A stretch of 64,000 nucleotides of DNA. Source: an uncultured Salinisphaerales bacterium. GTDB lineage: Bacteria; Pseudomonadota; Gammaproteobacteria; Nevskiales; CAJXLF01. The stretch's first letter is position 1; every line of letters begins with the position of its first letter. The notes under the pieces were generated by a model. The model searched no databases, was not told the origin of the DNA, and worked only from the letters and a program-made list of their open reading frames with translations. Location: the NCBI GenBank assembly GCA_913055805.1, contig CAJXLF010000010.1:85040-149039 (forward strand). The letters are read 5' to 3'. The position numbers and the translations under genes were made by a program. Positions 48,672-57,729 of the stretch are shown piece after piece.

Positions 48672-50377
48672 AGATTCAAGGCATAATACTCTTGACATAA
48701 AGTTCTTGAAACTGAGGGGGCTATAGTTACACTCATTGATAACATCGCAGTAAATGCATCTGAGTGATATCCATACAATTATGTTCTCAGCAAAGAGCTA
48801 AGAATTAACTGCTATATAGCTAAATAACTAGGAAGATAAATAGAGAGGAGGTAGGACATGTTTTATTGGACGCATGTTCGAAAAGCGTTTTGGCGTACTT
48901 CTGCGAAGCTTCATGTCCCCCAATGCTTATTTCTTTTGTGCTTGGCTGTTTTCTCTTCTGGCTTAGGGGCGTGGGAAGAAGATTATGAGATTCTGAGAGA
49001 TGACGATTATGTATGTGATCAGGATTCGAATATTTTAGAAAGCAAGAAAAGGAGAGGGCTTGCTTCTTTGATCCAGGCTGTTGAGTCCAAAAAAGTAATA
49101 TTAGTGGTTAATAAAGGTACTTTCTCTCTTAATAAATTTAAAAACTCAAGAACTCGGAGAATCAGTTATTCGAAGAACAACTGGATCCCCAATGGAAGTG
49201 TGGTGGTATTTGCCAATGATTTAGAGCCTGGAATATGTATTCCGATTAGATCAGCCGACGAATCAATTTATTATTTTAATGTGATTAGCGATGAGGGTGT
49301 CTCAGGATATGTGGAAAGACAGTATTTATCTACACTGCCTTACCCTGAAGGTGACGAGAAATACTATTTTCCCAGAAGCGAAATAAAAATTTACAAAAAC
49401 AAAGAACATTCTGAAATTAAATCATCCGCAAATCCAATACAAGGTGTGTATTTTAGATACTTGGCAAGTAAACCAGGTGTGAAGCAAGTCAGTTATTTCC
49501 ATCTACTTGGAAATGAAGATCGATTTGATGTTTGGAGAGGGGAATCTATTGATGCACAAATAGAAAAAGAGGTCGGTTGGATTAAATCAGAGGAATTAAG
49601 TGCTGGACGAATTAAAGAGGTATCTAAGAAAAATCTAAGTTTATTGAGGCAGATCAAAATTCAAAAGCAGCGAGGAAACGAGAGTGATAAGGATGCTTTT
49701 ATAACTACTCTAAGTAAATTAAGAGATCAGGAAAAAATCAGGCAAGTGGTTAAGAAGCTAAAATCTGAGTTACCCTCTAATTTTTCTTGTAATTCTGAAG
49801 TGGATGTGGAATTAGCTGCGGGTATTGAGGCGAAAACGCCGCCGTTTTTTGTCGCCCTAAAGGGTAATGTGGGCGGAAATGTTAAATGGGTGATAAAAGA
49901 GAAGAATACGAAACTTCTTTATGAAAACTACAAAATTTATTCAAGTTCCTTAGGGCAAAATTTAGCTGTGGTTCGAAGGGCAAAGTGTAAAGATGATGAT
50001 GTGTTGGATGAGCTTGAATTTGTGAAGTTCAGTCTGCCTCAATTAGGTACGGAAACGCCATTGGTTTTTGGCATGAAAGAAAACGGAGAAAAGTTAAAGG
50101 ACCACATAGCCAAAACATACTTTGGCAAAATAAGTGATCCGAAGATGTATCAGATATCAGGCCATGAAAGCTGGTTGACGGTCTATCAATATGTAGAAAA
50201 TAGCTTGGTAAATAAATCCCCTGCCCAATGGAGTGACATCACAACCGCAAGTAATACAGACGGCACGAGTCAGGAGTATGCACTAAGACAGGCTTTGCGG
50301 GCATTCATTATTCAGAGAATTGCACACTTTAAAAATTAGTTGCTATAGCTATTGCTTATTTCGTTAAATCAGCTATA
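48672..50377. mobile_element. AT-rich ~1.7 kb islet bounded by 20-bp direct repeats (48652-48671 / 50378-50397) that duplicate the yajQ 3' end
   Basis: The left repeat is GCTCAGTCCCGGAAGTTCT and the right is GCTCAGTCCCGAAAGTTCT (19/20 identical). Both encode NFRD-stop on the minus strand. The composition between them is visibly AT-rich compared with the flanks. No recombinase is present. Confidence 0.55.
48858..50339 (+). CDS. hypothetical 493-aa protein (ORFan), N-terminal signal/anchor
   Basis: Strong GGAGG Shine-Dalgarno sequence 7 nt upstream. It is the only long ORF in the AT-rich islet. No family was recognised. There are two possible SH3b-like segments and a Lys/Glu-rich central stretch. 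Confidence 0.6.
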   Translation: MFYWTHVRKAFWRTSAKLHVPQCLFLLCLAVFSSGLGAWEEDYEILRDDDYVCDQDSNILESKKRRGLASLIQAVESKKVILVVNKGTFSLNKFKNSRTRRISYSKNNWIPNGSVVVFANDLEPGICIPIRSADESIYYFNVISDEGVSGYVERQYLSTLPYPEGDEKYYFPRSEIKIYKNKEHSEIKSSANPIQGVYFRYLASKPGVKQVSYFHLLGNEDRFDVWRGESIDAQIEKEVGWIKSEELSAGRIKEVSKKNLSLLRQIKIQKQRGNESDKDAFITTLSKLRDQEKIRQVVKKLKSELPSNFSCNSEVDVELAAGIEAKTPPFFVALKGNVGGNVKWVIKEKNTKLLYENYKIYSSSLGQNLAVVRRAKCKDDDVLDELEFVKFSLPQLGTETPLVFGMKENGEKLKDHIAKTYFGKISDPKMYQISGHESWLTVYQYVENSLVNKSPAQWSDITTASNTDGTSQEYALRQALRAFIIQRIAHFKN

Positions 50378-50379
50378 GC

Positions 50380-50862
50380 TCAGTCCCGAAAGTTCTCGTA
50401 CTGAAGTGGTTGCTCCAGATCGGCCTGCTTCAGCAGGGCGATAGCGGCCTGCAGATCATCACGCTTTTTGCCCGTGACACGTACTTTGTCGCCATTGATC
50501 TGGGCGCTGACTTTCAGCTTCGCGTCCTTCAGGGTAGCCGTGATTTTCTTGGCCAGCGGCTGTTCAATACCCTGTTTGACCGTAATTACCTGCTTGGCCT
50601 GGGCCAGGTTGGTGTCCGGTTCGCCTTCGTCCAGGCTGCCCAGGTTGATGCCGCGGCTCACCAGCTTCTTGTGCAGTATGTCGAGCATCTGCTGCAGCTG
50701 GAAATCGCTCGGCGCGGTCTGCGTAATAACGAATTCCTGCAACTCGTAAGTGGCATCTACCCCTCTGAAATCAAAGCGGTTTTCCAGTTCGCGTTTGGCC
50801 TGGTCCACGGCGTTCATGAGTTCGTGGCGGTCAACTTCGGAAACGATATCGAATGAGGGCAT
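50380..50862 (-). CDS. yajQ: YajQ-family nucleotide/c-di-GMP-binding protein (UPF0234)
   Basis: MPSFDIVSEVDRHELMNAVDQAKRELENRFDFRG is a canonical YajQ sequence. Confidence 0.9.
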   Translation of the reverse strand: MPSFDIVSEVDRHELMNAVDQAKRELENRFDFRGVDATYELQEFVITQTAPSDFQLQQMLDILHKKLVSRGINLGSLDEGEPDTNLAQAKQVITVKQGIEQPLAKKITATLKDAKLKVSAQINGDKVRVTGKKRDDLQAAIALLKQADLEQPLQYENFRD

Positions 50863-50871
50863 GATTGTTCC

Positions 50872-51144
50872 TTAACTGTTCTCGCTTAGTCGGCCTTCTA
50901 CATACTTGTGCAGAATGCTGGCCGCCAGTGTCTGGTAGGGGATGCCTTCTGCAAGTGCGCGTTTCTGCAGGCTTCTCAGATCCTTGGAGGGCAAGCGGAT
51001 GTTGATCCGGGCATCCTTACGCAGCATGGCTTCTGCATATTCCTTATGCCGTTTTTGCGTTGCAGGCGCATCTTTGGATTTTCTGGTCTTGCCTGACTCA
51101 TAGGCTTCCAGAATTTCCTGTTCTTCTTTATTCAGCTTACTCAT
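50872..51144 (-). CDS. brnA: BrnA-type (CopG-like) antitoxin
   Basis: RINIRLPSKDLRSLQKRALAEGIPYQTLAASILHKYVEGRL is the BrnA C-terminal pattern. It overlaps the upstream toxin gene by 8 nt. Confidence 0.65.
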   Translation of the reverse strand: MSKLNKEEQEILEAYESGKTRKSKDAPATQKRHKEYAEAMLRKDARINIRLPSKDLRSLQKRALAEGIPYQTLAASILHKYVEGRLSENS

Positions 51145-51418
51145 CTTCAGTGCCTCGATAAATTTTCGTAGCCTTGCGGCTAGGGATGACGGTTTTCAGA
51201 AAAACCTCATCTTCAGATTCCACGAATGGCACCAGGTACACGTAGTCTTCCATGGCGATGACGTGAATCTGCTGTCCTGGATAACGCTCCTGATTCGGAT
51301 GGTCGATAGTTTCAATGATGTCACCGGCCAAAATATGGAACAGTACATCTTCAAAACACACAGCTCTCTGAGCCTTCAGTCGCTCATTCTTCTCAGGATT
51401 CCATGTGATTATTTTCAT
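51137..51418 (-). CDS. brnT: BrnT-like (DUF497) toxin
   Basis: ITWNPEKNERLKAQRAVCFEDV resembles the BrnT N-terminus. 93 aa. It is paired with a BrnA-like gene. Confidence 0.6.
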   Translation of the reverse strand: MKIITWNPEKNERLKAQRAVCFEDVLFHILAGDIIETIDHPNQERYPGQQIHVIAMEDYVYLVPFVESEDEVFLKTVIPSRKATKIYRGTEDE

Positions 51419-51443
51419 GCACTTAGGTTAGCACAATGTGTGC

Positions 51444-52580
51444 CTATTGTGACGACTCCCAGCTCATATGCGGCCTGGCCAGGTATTCCTGTGACTGCAT
51501 TTCCTGCAGGCGGCTGACGGTGCGCTCGAACTCAAAGGTCAGCTTCTTGCCGGAATAGAGCGTTTCCAGCGGTTCGGCGGCGGAGATGATGAGTTTTACG
51601 TTGTGGTCGTAGAACTCATCGACCAAGGTAATGAAGCGACGGGCCTCGTTTTCCATTTCCCAGGTCAGACCGGGGACTTTCGACAGCAGTACGGTCTGGT
51701 AGCAGCGGGCAATTTCCGTGTAGTCGGCAGCGCCACGCGGGCCGCTGCACAGGGCATTGAAGTCGAACCAGGCCACGCCGTCCGCCAGGCGGCGGGTGGT
51801 TATGCGGCGGCCATGCAGTTCCAGGTCGGCATCGCTCTGGCCCAGGTTGGGCGCGATGTCGCGGAAATAGTTCTGCAGGTTATCCTCGGCCTGGTCATCC
51901 AATGGGTGGTGATAGATCTCGGCCTGCTGCAGTACGCGCAGGCGGTAATCGGTACCGCCATCCACTTCCAGAATATGGCAATGCTGCTGGATGCGCTCGA
52001 TGGCGGGCAGGAAGCGTTCACGCTGCAGGCCGTTCTTGTAAAGCTCATTCGGCGGGATGTTGGAGGTCGTGACCAGAGTAATGCCATGGCTGAACAGGCA
52101 TTCTGTGAGCCGGCCCAGGATCATGGCGTCGGCAATGTCGGAAACGAAGAATTCGTCAAAGCATAGTACGCGGGTTTCAGCAGCAATCTCGGCCGCAACC
52201 TTCACCAGTGGATCCTGCTCGTTCTGGTAATGTTTGCGGCGCTCGTGCACGTCCTGCATGAAGCGGTGGAAGTGGGTACGCCGTTTCTTGCTGAAGGGCA
52301 GGGCGTCGTAGAAGGTGTCCATCAGGTAGGTCTTGCCACGACCCACGCCGCCCCACATGTACAACCCCTTCACCGGCGGCCACTGCATGCTGTTGCGTGC
52401 GCGTAGTCCCAGGCGCCGGGTTGGCTTGCGGCTGATAAGCTGCTCGTAGACCTCATGCAGGCGGGCCACGGCCCGCGCCTGGGCGGCATCACGCTGATAC
52501 TCGCCCCCCTTCAGGTCCGCCTCGTAACGGGCCTGGGGCGAAAGCTGAATGTCAGCGTTCCTGGGAGACATAGAATTCAA
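51444..52580 (-). CDS. zapE: cell division protein ZapE (AFG1-like ATPase)
   Basis: GLYMWGGVGRGKTYLMD (Walker A) and VLCFDEFFVSDIADAMIL (Walker B). Confidence 0.9.
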   Translation of the reverse strand: MNSMSPRNADIQLSPQARYEADLKGGEYQRDAAQARAVARLHEVYEQLISRKPTRRLGLRARNSMQWPPVKGLYMWGGVGRGKTYLMDTFYDALPFSKKRRTHFHRFMQDVHERRKHYQNEQDPLVKVAAEIAAETRVLCFDEFFVSDIADAMILGRLTECLFSHGITLVTTSNIPPNELYKNGLQRERFLPAIERIQQHCHILEVDGGTDYRLRVLQQAEIYHHPLDDQAEDNLQNYFRDIAPNLGQSDADLELHGRRITTRRLADGVAWFDFNALCSGPRGAADYTEIARCYQTVLLSKVPGLTWEMENEARRFITLVDEFYDHNVKLIISAAEPLETLYSGKKLTFEFERTVSRLQEMQSQEYLARPHMSWESSQ

Positions 52581-52683
52581 CGGGATGCATAGGGCTCGGT
52601 ATTATACGTGCTCGCCCCGGTCACAAGGGGCGGTGCAGGGAAACATTACGCAGACTGGCATCAGTACGAGGACCAGGGCAAAC

Positions 52684-53613
52684 ATGGGCAGGCAGGCACG
52701 CCAATCCATCCAGGCAAACATACCCGAAGCGGCGCAGGCGCTGATCGAGCGTTTTGCCGACGCCGTGTGGGCGGAGCGCGGCCTGTCGGACCGCACCCTG
52801 GAAGCCTACCGGCGAGACCTGGCGCATTGGGCCGCCTGGCTGCGGCAGAAAGGCAAGGGTTTGCTGGACGCCTCCCAGATCGAGATGCTGGACTATGCCG
52901 CCAACCAGCAAACGCAGGTTACTGCTCGAACCGCTGCTCGCCGCCTCTCCAGCCTGCGCAGTTTCTACCGGCATGCCGTGCGCACCGGGCAGATCAAGGT
53001 TGATCCTACCCAGGATATCGTTTCCCCCAAGTTGCCTCGACCTTTGCCCAAAAGCCTCTCCGAGGCGCAGGTGGAAGCACTGCTGGAAGCGCCGGATACC
53101 GAAACGGCCCTGGGCATGCGCGACCGTGCCATGCTGGAAACTCTGTATGCCACCGGCCTGCGCGTATCCGAACTGGTTGGCCTGCAACTGCATCAGGTCA
53201 ATCTGGTGCAGGGCGTGGTGCAGGTAGTCGGCAAGGGCGGCAAGGAACGCCTCGTACCCCTGGGCGAGGCGGCACAGGAATGGCTGCAAGCCTACTATGA
53301 AGAAGCGCGCGGCCAGCTGATGAAAGGCCGCATGTCCGACTACCTGTTCCCCAGCCGGCGGGCGGACTATATGACACGCCAGAACTTCTGGCATATCATC
53401 CGGCGCTATGCCGAATCCGCCGGCATCAAGACCGAATTGTCCCCGCACGGGCTGCGCCATGCCTTTGCGACCCACCTGCTGAATCACGGTGCGGATTTGC
53501 GTGTGGTGCAGATGCTGCTGGGGCATGCGGATCTTTCGACAACACAGATTTACACCCATGTGGCCCGGGCCCGCTTGAAGTCACTGCATCGGACGCACCA
53601 TCCCCGTGGATGA
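52684..53613 (+). CDS. xerD: site-specific tyrosine recombinase XerD
   Basis: LIERFADAVWAERGLSDRTLEAYRRDL... and the C-terminal HGLRHAFATHLLNHGADLRVVQMLLGHADLSTTQIYTHV. The xerD-dsbC order is present. The start is set at an internal ATG. Confidence 0.9.
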   Translation: MGRQARQSIQANIPEAAQALIERFADAVWAERGLSDRTLEAYRRDLAHWAAWLRQKGKGLLDASQIEMLDYAANQQTQVTARTAARRLSSLRSFYRHAVRTGQIKVDPTQDIVSPKLPRPLPKSLSEAQVEALLEAPDTETALGMRDRAMLETLYATGLRVSELVGLQLHQVNLVQGVVQVVGKGGKERLVPLGEAAQEWLQAYYEEARGQLMKGRMSDYLFPSRRADYMTRQNFWHIIRRYAESAGIKTELSPHGLRHAFATHLLNHGADLRVVQMLLGHADLSTTQIYTHVARARLKSLHRTHHPRG

Positions 53614-53697
53614 GCGCGCTGTGAAAGATGAACCAAAGAAGCACGGTCCGGTCTCATGAACAGGAGAGGGCGTAAAGCCCAATAACGAGGTTTAATT

Positions 53698-54573
53698 GTG
53701 AAAAAGTTTTTCTTGCTGCTGTTTGTGCTGGCCGCTGTCGGCGTGGCCACCATTCTTTACCTGAAGCCTTCGGATGAAAGTATCGCCACCACCACCGGAG
53801 ATGAAGGCGAAACGGCGCGTATGATCAGTACAGCGCCCGAGGCCGACGAGCCCGCCGCCGAGGCAGAAGCCCCGGCAGAACCGGCCGAGGAAACCGCAGA
53901 GGCTGAAGGCGACAGCGATGCCGCTACCGCCCTGCAGGCCAAGTTGCTCAAGGCTCTGGGTGAAATGCCCGACAGCGCCATCAAGCCCGCACCGGTCGAG
54001 GGCTGGTACGAAGTGGCTCGCGGCAGCGCCATCGGCTATATCAGTGAAGACGCCCGCTACCTGTTTGACGGTGATCTCATCGATCTGCAGAACAAGGTCA
54101 ACCTCACCGAGAAACGCCGCAACGACTGGCGCAAGACCAAGATCGCCAGCATCGACGAAGATCAGATGATCATCTTCGAACCCAAGAAAGCCACCCACAC
54201 CGTGACCGTGTTCACCGACGTGGACTGCGGTTACTGCCGCAAGCTGCACTCGCAGATTGACGAATACCTGGCCGAAGGCATCCGCGTACGTTATGTGTTC
54301 TACCCGCTGCGTGGTGAAAAGGCGCCGTCCTATCACACGGCCGAGAACGTCTGGTGTGCCGACGACCGTCAGCAAGCCCTGACCCTGGCCAAGCAGGGCA
54401 AGAAGGTCGAAGAAAAGCAGTGCGAAACCCCGGTCGCGCAGCATTTGCAGACCGGCATCGAGCTGGGTATCCGCGGTACGCCGGGCATCATCTCCGAAGA
54501 TGGCCGCCTGCTGCCGGGTTACATGCCGCCCAAGACCCTGCTCAGTGAACTGGACAAGGGTTCGCAAGGCTAA
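53698..54573 (+). CDS. dsbC: thiol:disulfide interchange protein DsbC with acidic low-complexity N-terminal insertion
   Basis: FTDVDCGYCRKLH active site. GIRGTPG cis-Pro loop. GTG start. Confidence 0.85.
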   Translation: MKKFFLLLFVLAAVGVATILYLKPSDESIATTTGDEGETARMISTAPEADEPAAEAEAPAEPAEETAEAEGDSDAATALQAKLLKALGEMPDSAIKPAPVEGWYEVARGSAIGYISEDARYLFDGDLIDLQNKVNLTEKRRNDWRKTKIASIDEDQMIIFEPKKATHTVTVFTDVDCGYCRKLHSQIDEYLAEGIRVRYVFYPLRGEKAPSYHTAENVWCADDRQQALTLAKQGKKVEEKQCETPVAQHLQTGIELGIRGTPGIISEDGRLLPGYMPPKTLLSELDKGSQG

Positions 54574-54596
54574 GCCTCATGTCGTCATTCCGGAAA

Positions 54597-54623
54597 AGCC
54601 CCTCAACCGAGGGGCTTTTTTTG
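54597..54623. terminator. rho-independent terminator after dsbC
   Basis: The hairpin is AGCCCCTC-AACC-GAGGGGCT, followed by TTTTTTT. Confidence 0.75.
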
Positions 54624-54634
54624 GATTCGTCGTC

Positions 54635-54886
54635 TTAGGAGTTAATGGCCTTGATCACATTGACCGGATCATTTTTTATTGCCCGTAGCAGGGAAAGTGC
54701 GGCTCCCTCGGGTTGCCGTCTGCCTTGCTCCCATCCCCTCAGCGTGCCTACGGGTACGTTCACTATTCGGGCAAATTTTTCCTGTGACAGGTGAGTAGTG
54801 GCGCGAATCTGCTTAACGTCGATAGTCATATCCGCTTTCATCCACTGAACGCTTTCCAGTAGTGCTTCGAAATCCTTATCGTCCAT
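54635..54886 (-). CDS. XRE-type HTH antitoxin (partner of RelE/HigB2-like toxin)
   Basis: LSQEKFARIVNVPVGTLRGWEQGRRQPEGAALSLLRAIKNDP is a typical sequence for this family. It is adjacent to the toxin gene with a 1-nt overlap. Confidence 0.8.
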   Translation of the reverse strand: MDDKDFEALLESVQWMKADMTIDVKQIRATTHLSQEKFARIVNVPVGTLRGWEQGRRQPEGAALSLLRAIKNDPVNVIKAINS

Positions 54887-55197
54887 TAATCCGACTCCAT
54901 CATGTGCCTGAGTATTTTCTTTTGAGTAGTGGATAAATCAGCTTGCTGATTCTTCGAAAATCCAAGCAATAAATAAATTACGTCCAGAGATACGTATCGG
55001 TAGTAAATGACTCTTCCGGCACTGCGCTTGCCCTTGCCGCCATAGGCAACGCGGGCTTTCCTCAGTCCGCCAGTGCCTTGAATCACATCGCCCAGATCCG
55101 GATTAGCTAACAGCTGATTCTGGAAATGCCGTAATTCAGTATCCGTCAGTACTTCTTTAGCCCACTTGGTAAACAAGGGGCTTTCTTTGAACACCAT
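54886..55197 (-). CDS. RelE/ParE-superfamily toxin (HigB2-like)
   Basis: GGLRKARVAYGGKGKRSAGRVIYYRYVSLDVIYLLLGFSKNQQADL is the family pattern. Confidence 0.8.
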   Translation of the reverse strand: MVFKESPLFTKWAKEVLTDTELRHFQNQLLANPDLGDVIQGTGGLRKARVAYGGKGKRSAGRVIYYRYVSLDVIYLLLGFSKNQQADLSTTQKKILRHMMESD

Positions 55198-55446
55198 AAA
55201 TATAAGTCAGTGACGTATATGCGTCAATGACGTATTCGCATGGTGATGAGTGATGTGTTCCGGTTTCATTGGCAACCTTTGGATTTATTAGTGTTTGCAC
55301 AGGCTAGCAGAAAGACCGGTTGTCTGAACAAGGTACGTTGGTGGCTGGCTGCCTTTTCAAATTCTCTCGGGCACTGTCGATTCCACAGCCTCCCATTCGA
55401 TTAGCTCATAAGACGAAGCAATCCTGCTGTCTGCCAATCGAAGGAG

Positions 55447-56097
55447 TTGGACATGCTCAAGCTATACGGAAACCCTCCGACCCGCGCCCTGCGTGTGATC
55501 TGGTTGCTGAACGAACTCGGCCTGGAATACGAGACGCATACGATAAACCTGTTGCAGGGCGAGGCCCGCAAAGACGACTTTCTGGCCATCAATCCCGCCG
55601 CCAAGGTGCCGGTGCTGGTCGATGGCGATCAGGTCATCACCGAGTCAGTCGCCATCCAGCTCTACCTGGCGGAAAAATATCCCCATGGCGGACTCATTCC
55701 GGAATCACTGGAAGACAGGGCCCAGATGCACCGCTGGAATTTCTTTCTGGTGACCGAAATCGAGCAACCCCTGTGGCGTATCGCGCTTCACACGTTCCTG
55801 TATCCCGAGGAGCAACGCCTGCAGCAGGACCCCGATATCGCAAGGCAGGAGTGTCTGAACATGCTGGCCGTGCTGGAGCAGCACATGCAAGGGCGCAGGT
55901 TCGTGGCGGGCGACCGGCTCAGCGTGGCCGACTTCAACGCCGCCTATACCCTGGACTGGGCCAACGAGGAAGACATGCTTGGCAATACACCGGCATTAAG
56001 GCAATACCTGCAGTGGATGTATGCCCGGCCCACGGCGCCGCCCACCATTGCAGAAGCCTTCGCGGCACTGCAAGGCCCGGCCGCCGTCAACAACTGA
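55447..56097 (+). CDS. glutathione S-transferase
   Basis: N-terminal thioredoxin-like GST fold (INPAAKVPVLVDGDQVITESVAI). 216 aa. Confidence 0.85.
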   Translation: MDMLKLYGNPPTRALRVIWLLNELGLEYETHTINLLQGEARKDDFLAINPAAKVPVLVDGDQVITESVAIQLYLAEKYPHGGLIPESLEDRAQMHRWNFFLVTEIEQPLWRIALHTFLYPEEQRLQQDPDIARQECLNMLAVLEQHMQGRRFVAGDRLSVADFNAAYTLDWANEEDMLGNTPALRQYLQWMYARPTAPPTIAEAFAALQGPAAVNN

Positions 56098-56183
56098 CAG
56101 CCCATGCCCGCCTCAAACTACACGCCCAAACAGCAAGGGAGTAAGCTCTGGTCAGACTGACACACCACTAAACGAATAACCCG

Positions 56184-56807
56184 ATGGCACTGACGACAGT
56201 TTTTCTCCCCGCCGTGGCATTCAGGCGCAGTGCGCAGGCCGTATTGGCAGACCGCCTGTCGGCGGTGCAGGCCAGCCGCATCTGGAGACAGACGCAAGAG
56301 CGTCAGGCAGAACTCAGCCGCTCACGCCCTCGCCATTCCATGAGTGTGAATCTGCTCATCAAGTACATGGAATGGGACGCCGCCCTGTACCAGGCCGCCC
56401 TGGCCGAAGGGCTGTCCAGCGAAGAAGCCGGGCAACTCATCGAAGCCACCAACTGGCGAAGCTTCGAATCCATGAGTGCACTGGCGTTCAAGGTGTCACG
56501 CCTGCGAAGCGCGCGGTTGCTGATCCGTGTGGAATGGCTGCTGGATCTGATGTTCAAACTGGTCTTCGCCGCGCCATTCAAACGCAACAAGATTCCGGCA
56601 AATAATCAGGTCGCCTTCGACGTCACCCGGTGCCCGCTGGCCGAGTATTTTCGTGACCTGGGCATACCTGAGCTGACGAAGTACGCTGCCTGCAGCCTGG
56701 ACCACTACATGGCGGCTCAGTGGGGTATGACCTTGAAGCGGACGCAAACCATTGCCGAAGAAGCACCGCTATGTGATTTCCGTTTTCGTATGAAAGAGGC
56801 AGAGTAG
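56184..56807 (+). CDS. L-2-amino-thiazoline-4-carboxylic acid hydrolase-like protein
   Basis: The C-terminal FDVTRCPLAEYFRDLGIPELTKYAACSLDHYMA...CDFRF matches the ATC-hydrolase family pattern as remembered. Confidence 0.55.
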   Translation: MALTTVFLPAVAFRRSAQAVLADRLSAVQASRIWRQTQERQAELSRSRPRHSMSVNLLIKYMEWDAALYQAALAEGLSSEEAGQLIEATNWRSFESMSALAFKVSRLRSARLLIRVEWLLDLMFKLVFAAPFKRNKIPANNQVAFDVTRCPLAEYFRDLGIPELTKYAACSLDHYMAAQWGMTLKRTQTIAEEAPLCDFRFRMKEAE

Positions 56808-56845
56808 AGCGTGAGCTCCATCGTTAATGTCATCAGGAGTCAGAT

Positions 56846-57082
56846 ATGAAAACAATGAATTGCAAACAGCTGGGTGGCGCATGCGACAAGCAGTTTCATG
56901 CCAGCAGCTTTGAAGAGATCGCCGAAATGAGCAAACAACACGGCATGGAAATGTTCCAGCAGGGCGACGAAGCGCATCTGGCCGCCATGAATGAGATGCG
57001 TGCACGTATGCAGGAACCGGATGCCATGCAGGCATGGTTTGAAAGCAAGCGAAAAGAGTTCGACCTGTTGCCTGAGGATTAA
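56846..57082 (+). CDS. DUF1059 domain protein
   Basis: MKTMNCKQLGGACDKQFHASSFEEI is the DUF1059 N-terminal pattern. Confidence 0.65.
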   Translation: MKTMNCKQLGGACDKQFHASSFEEIAEMSKQHGMEMFQQGDEAHLAAMNEMRARMQEPDAMQAWFESKRKEFDLLPED

Positions 57083-57098
57083 ACGGCAAAATAGAAGC

Positions 57099-57147
57099 AT
57101 TCCCCCCTCTCCCCTGGTGGGAGAGGGTCGGGGAGAGGGGGAGAAAC
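57099..57147. repeat. REP-like C/G-rich palindrome (CCCTCTCCCCTGGTGGGAGAGGG type)
   Basis: ATTCCCCCCTCTCCCCTGGTGGGAGAGGGTCGGGGAGAGGGGGAG. A near-copy lies at 61576-61620. Confidence 0.7.
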
Positions 57148-57313
57148 TACCGCTCATCCTGAGCCCGTCGAAGTGCAAACCCAGCGTTCATACCTTCAAC
57201 AAGCCAGGAACCTGCCCCGGACCCACTCCGGGGACGTGCTGAGCAGAAACAAACTAGCCCTCTCCCCAAATAAGTATTAGTCTCAAACCAACAGAATCAA
57301 ATAAGGGAGCAAC

Positions 57314-57712
57314 ATGCAGATATCCATCACCCTGCTCTACGGCGGCGCACTCGCGCTGGTCTTCCTGGTGCTCAGCATCCGCGTCATTCAGGGCCGGGGG
57401 GGCAAGGACGGGCCCAGCCTGGGAGACGGCGGCAACCCCATGATGCTGCGACGCATCCGTGCCCACGGAAACTTCGCAGAATACGTGCCCATCATCCTGG
57501 TACTCATGGGGCTGCTCGAAGCCAGTGGCACGTCACCATGGATCGTCCACGCGCTGGGTGCTTCGCTGCTGGTCGGGCGCCTGTTTCACGGCTACACCTT
57601 CGCCTTTTCCGAGTATTTCGCTTTCGGCAGAATCGCCGGCATCCTGCTCACGCTGTTAGCACTACTGGCGGCTGGTGGACTGGCATTGTGGACGGGAGTG
57701 AATGCGCTGTAG
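57314..57712 (+). CDS. MAPEG-family membrane protein
   Basis: 132 aa with 4 TM segments. RAHGNFAEYVPI motif. Confidence 0.75.
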   Translation: MQISITLLYGGALALVFLVLSIRVIQGRGGKDGPSLGDGGNPMMLRRIRAHGNFAEYVPIILVLMGLLEASGTSPWIVHALGASLLVGRLFHGYTFAFSEYFAFGRIAGILLTLLALLAAGGLALWTGVNAL

Positions 57713-57729
57713 GGATATACCTGAAGACC

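Noticed and set aside
55320-56144. 274-aa ORF overlapping the GST gene in another frame
   Set aside because: The translation is Arg/Pro/Gly-rich with no recognisable fold, whereas the GST frame (55447-56097) has a clear family pattern and start context.
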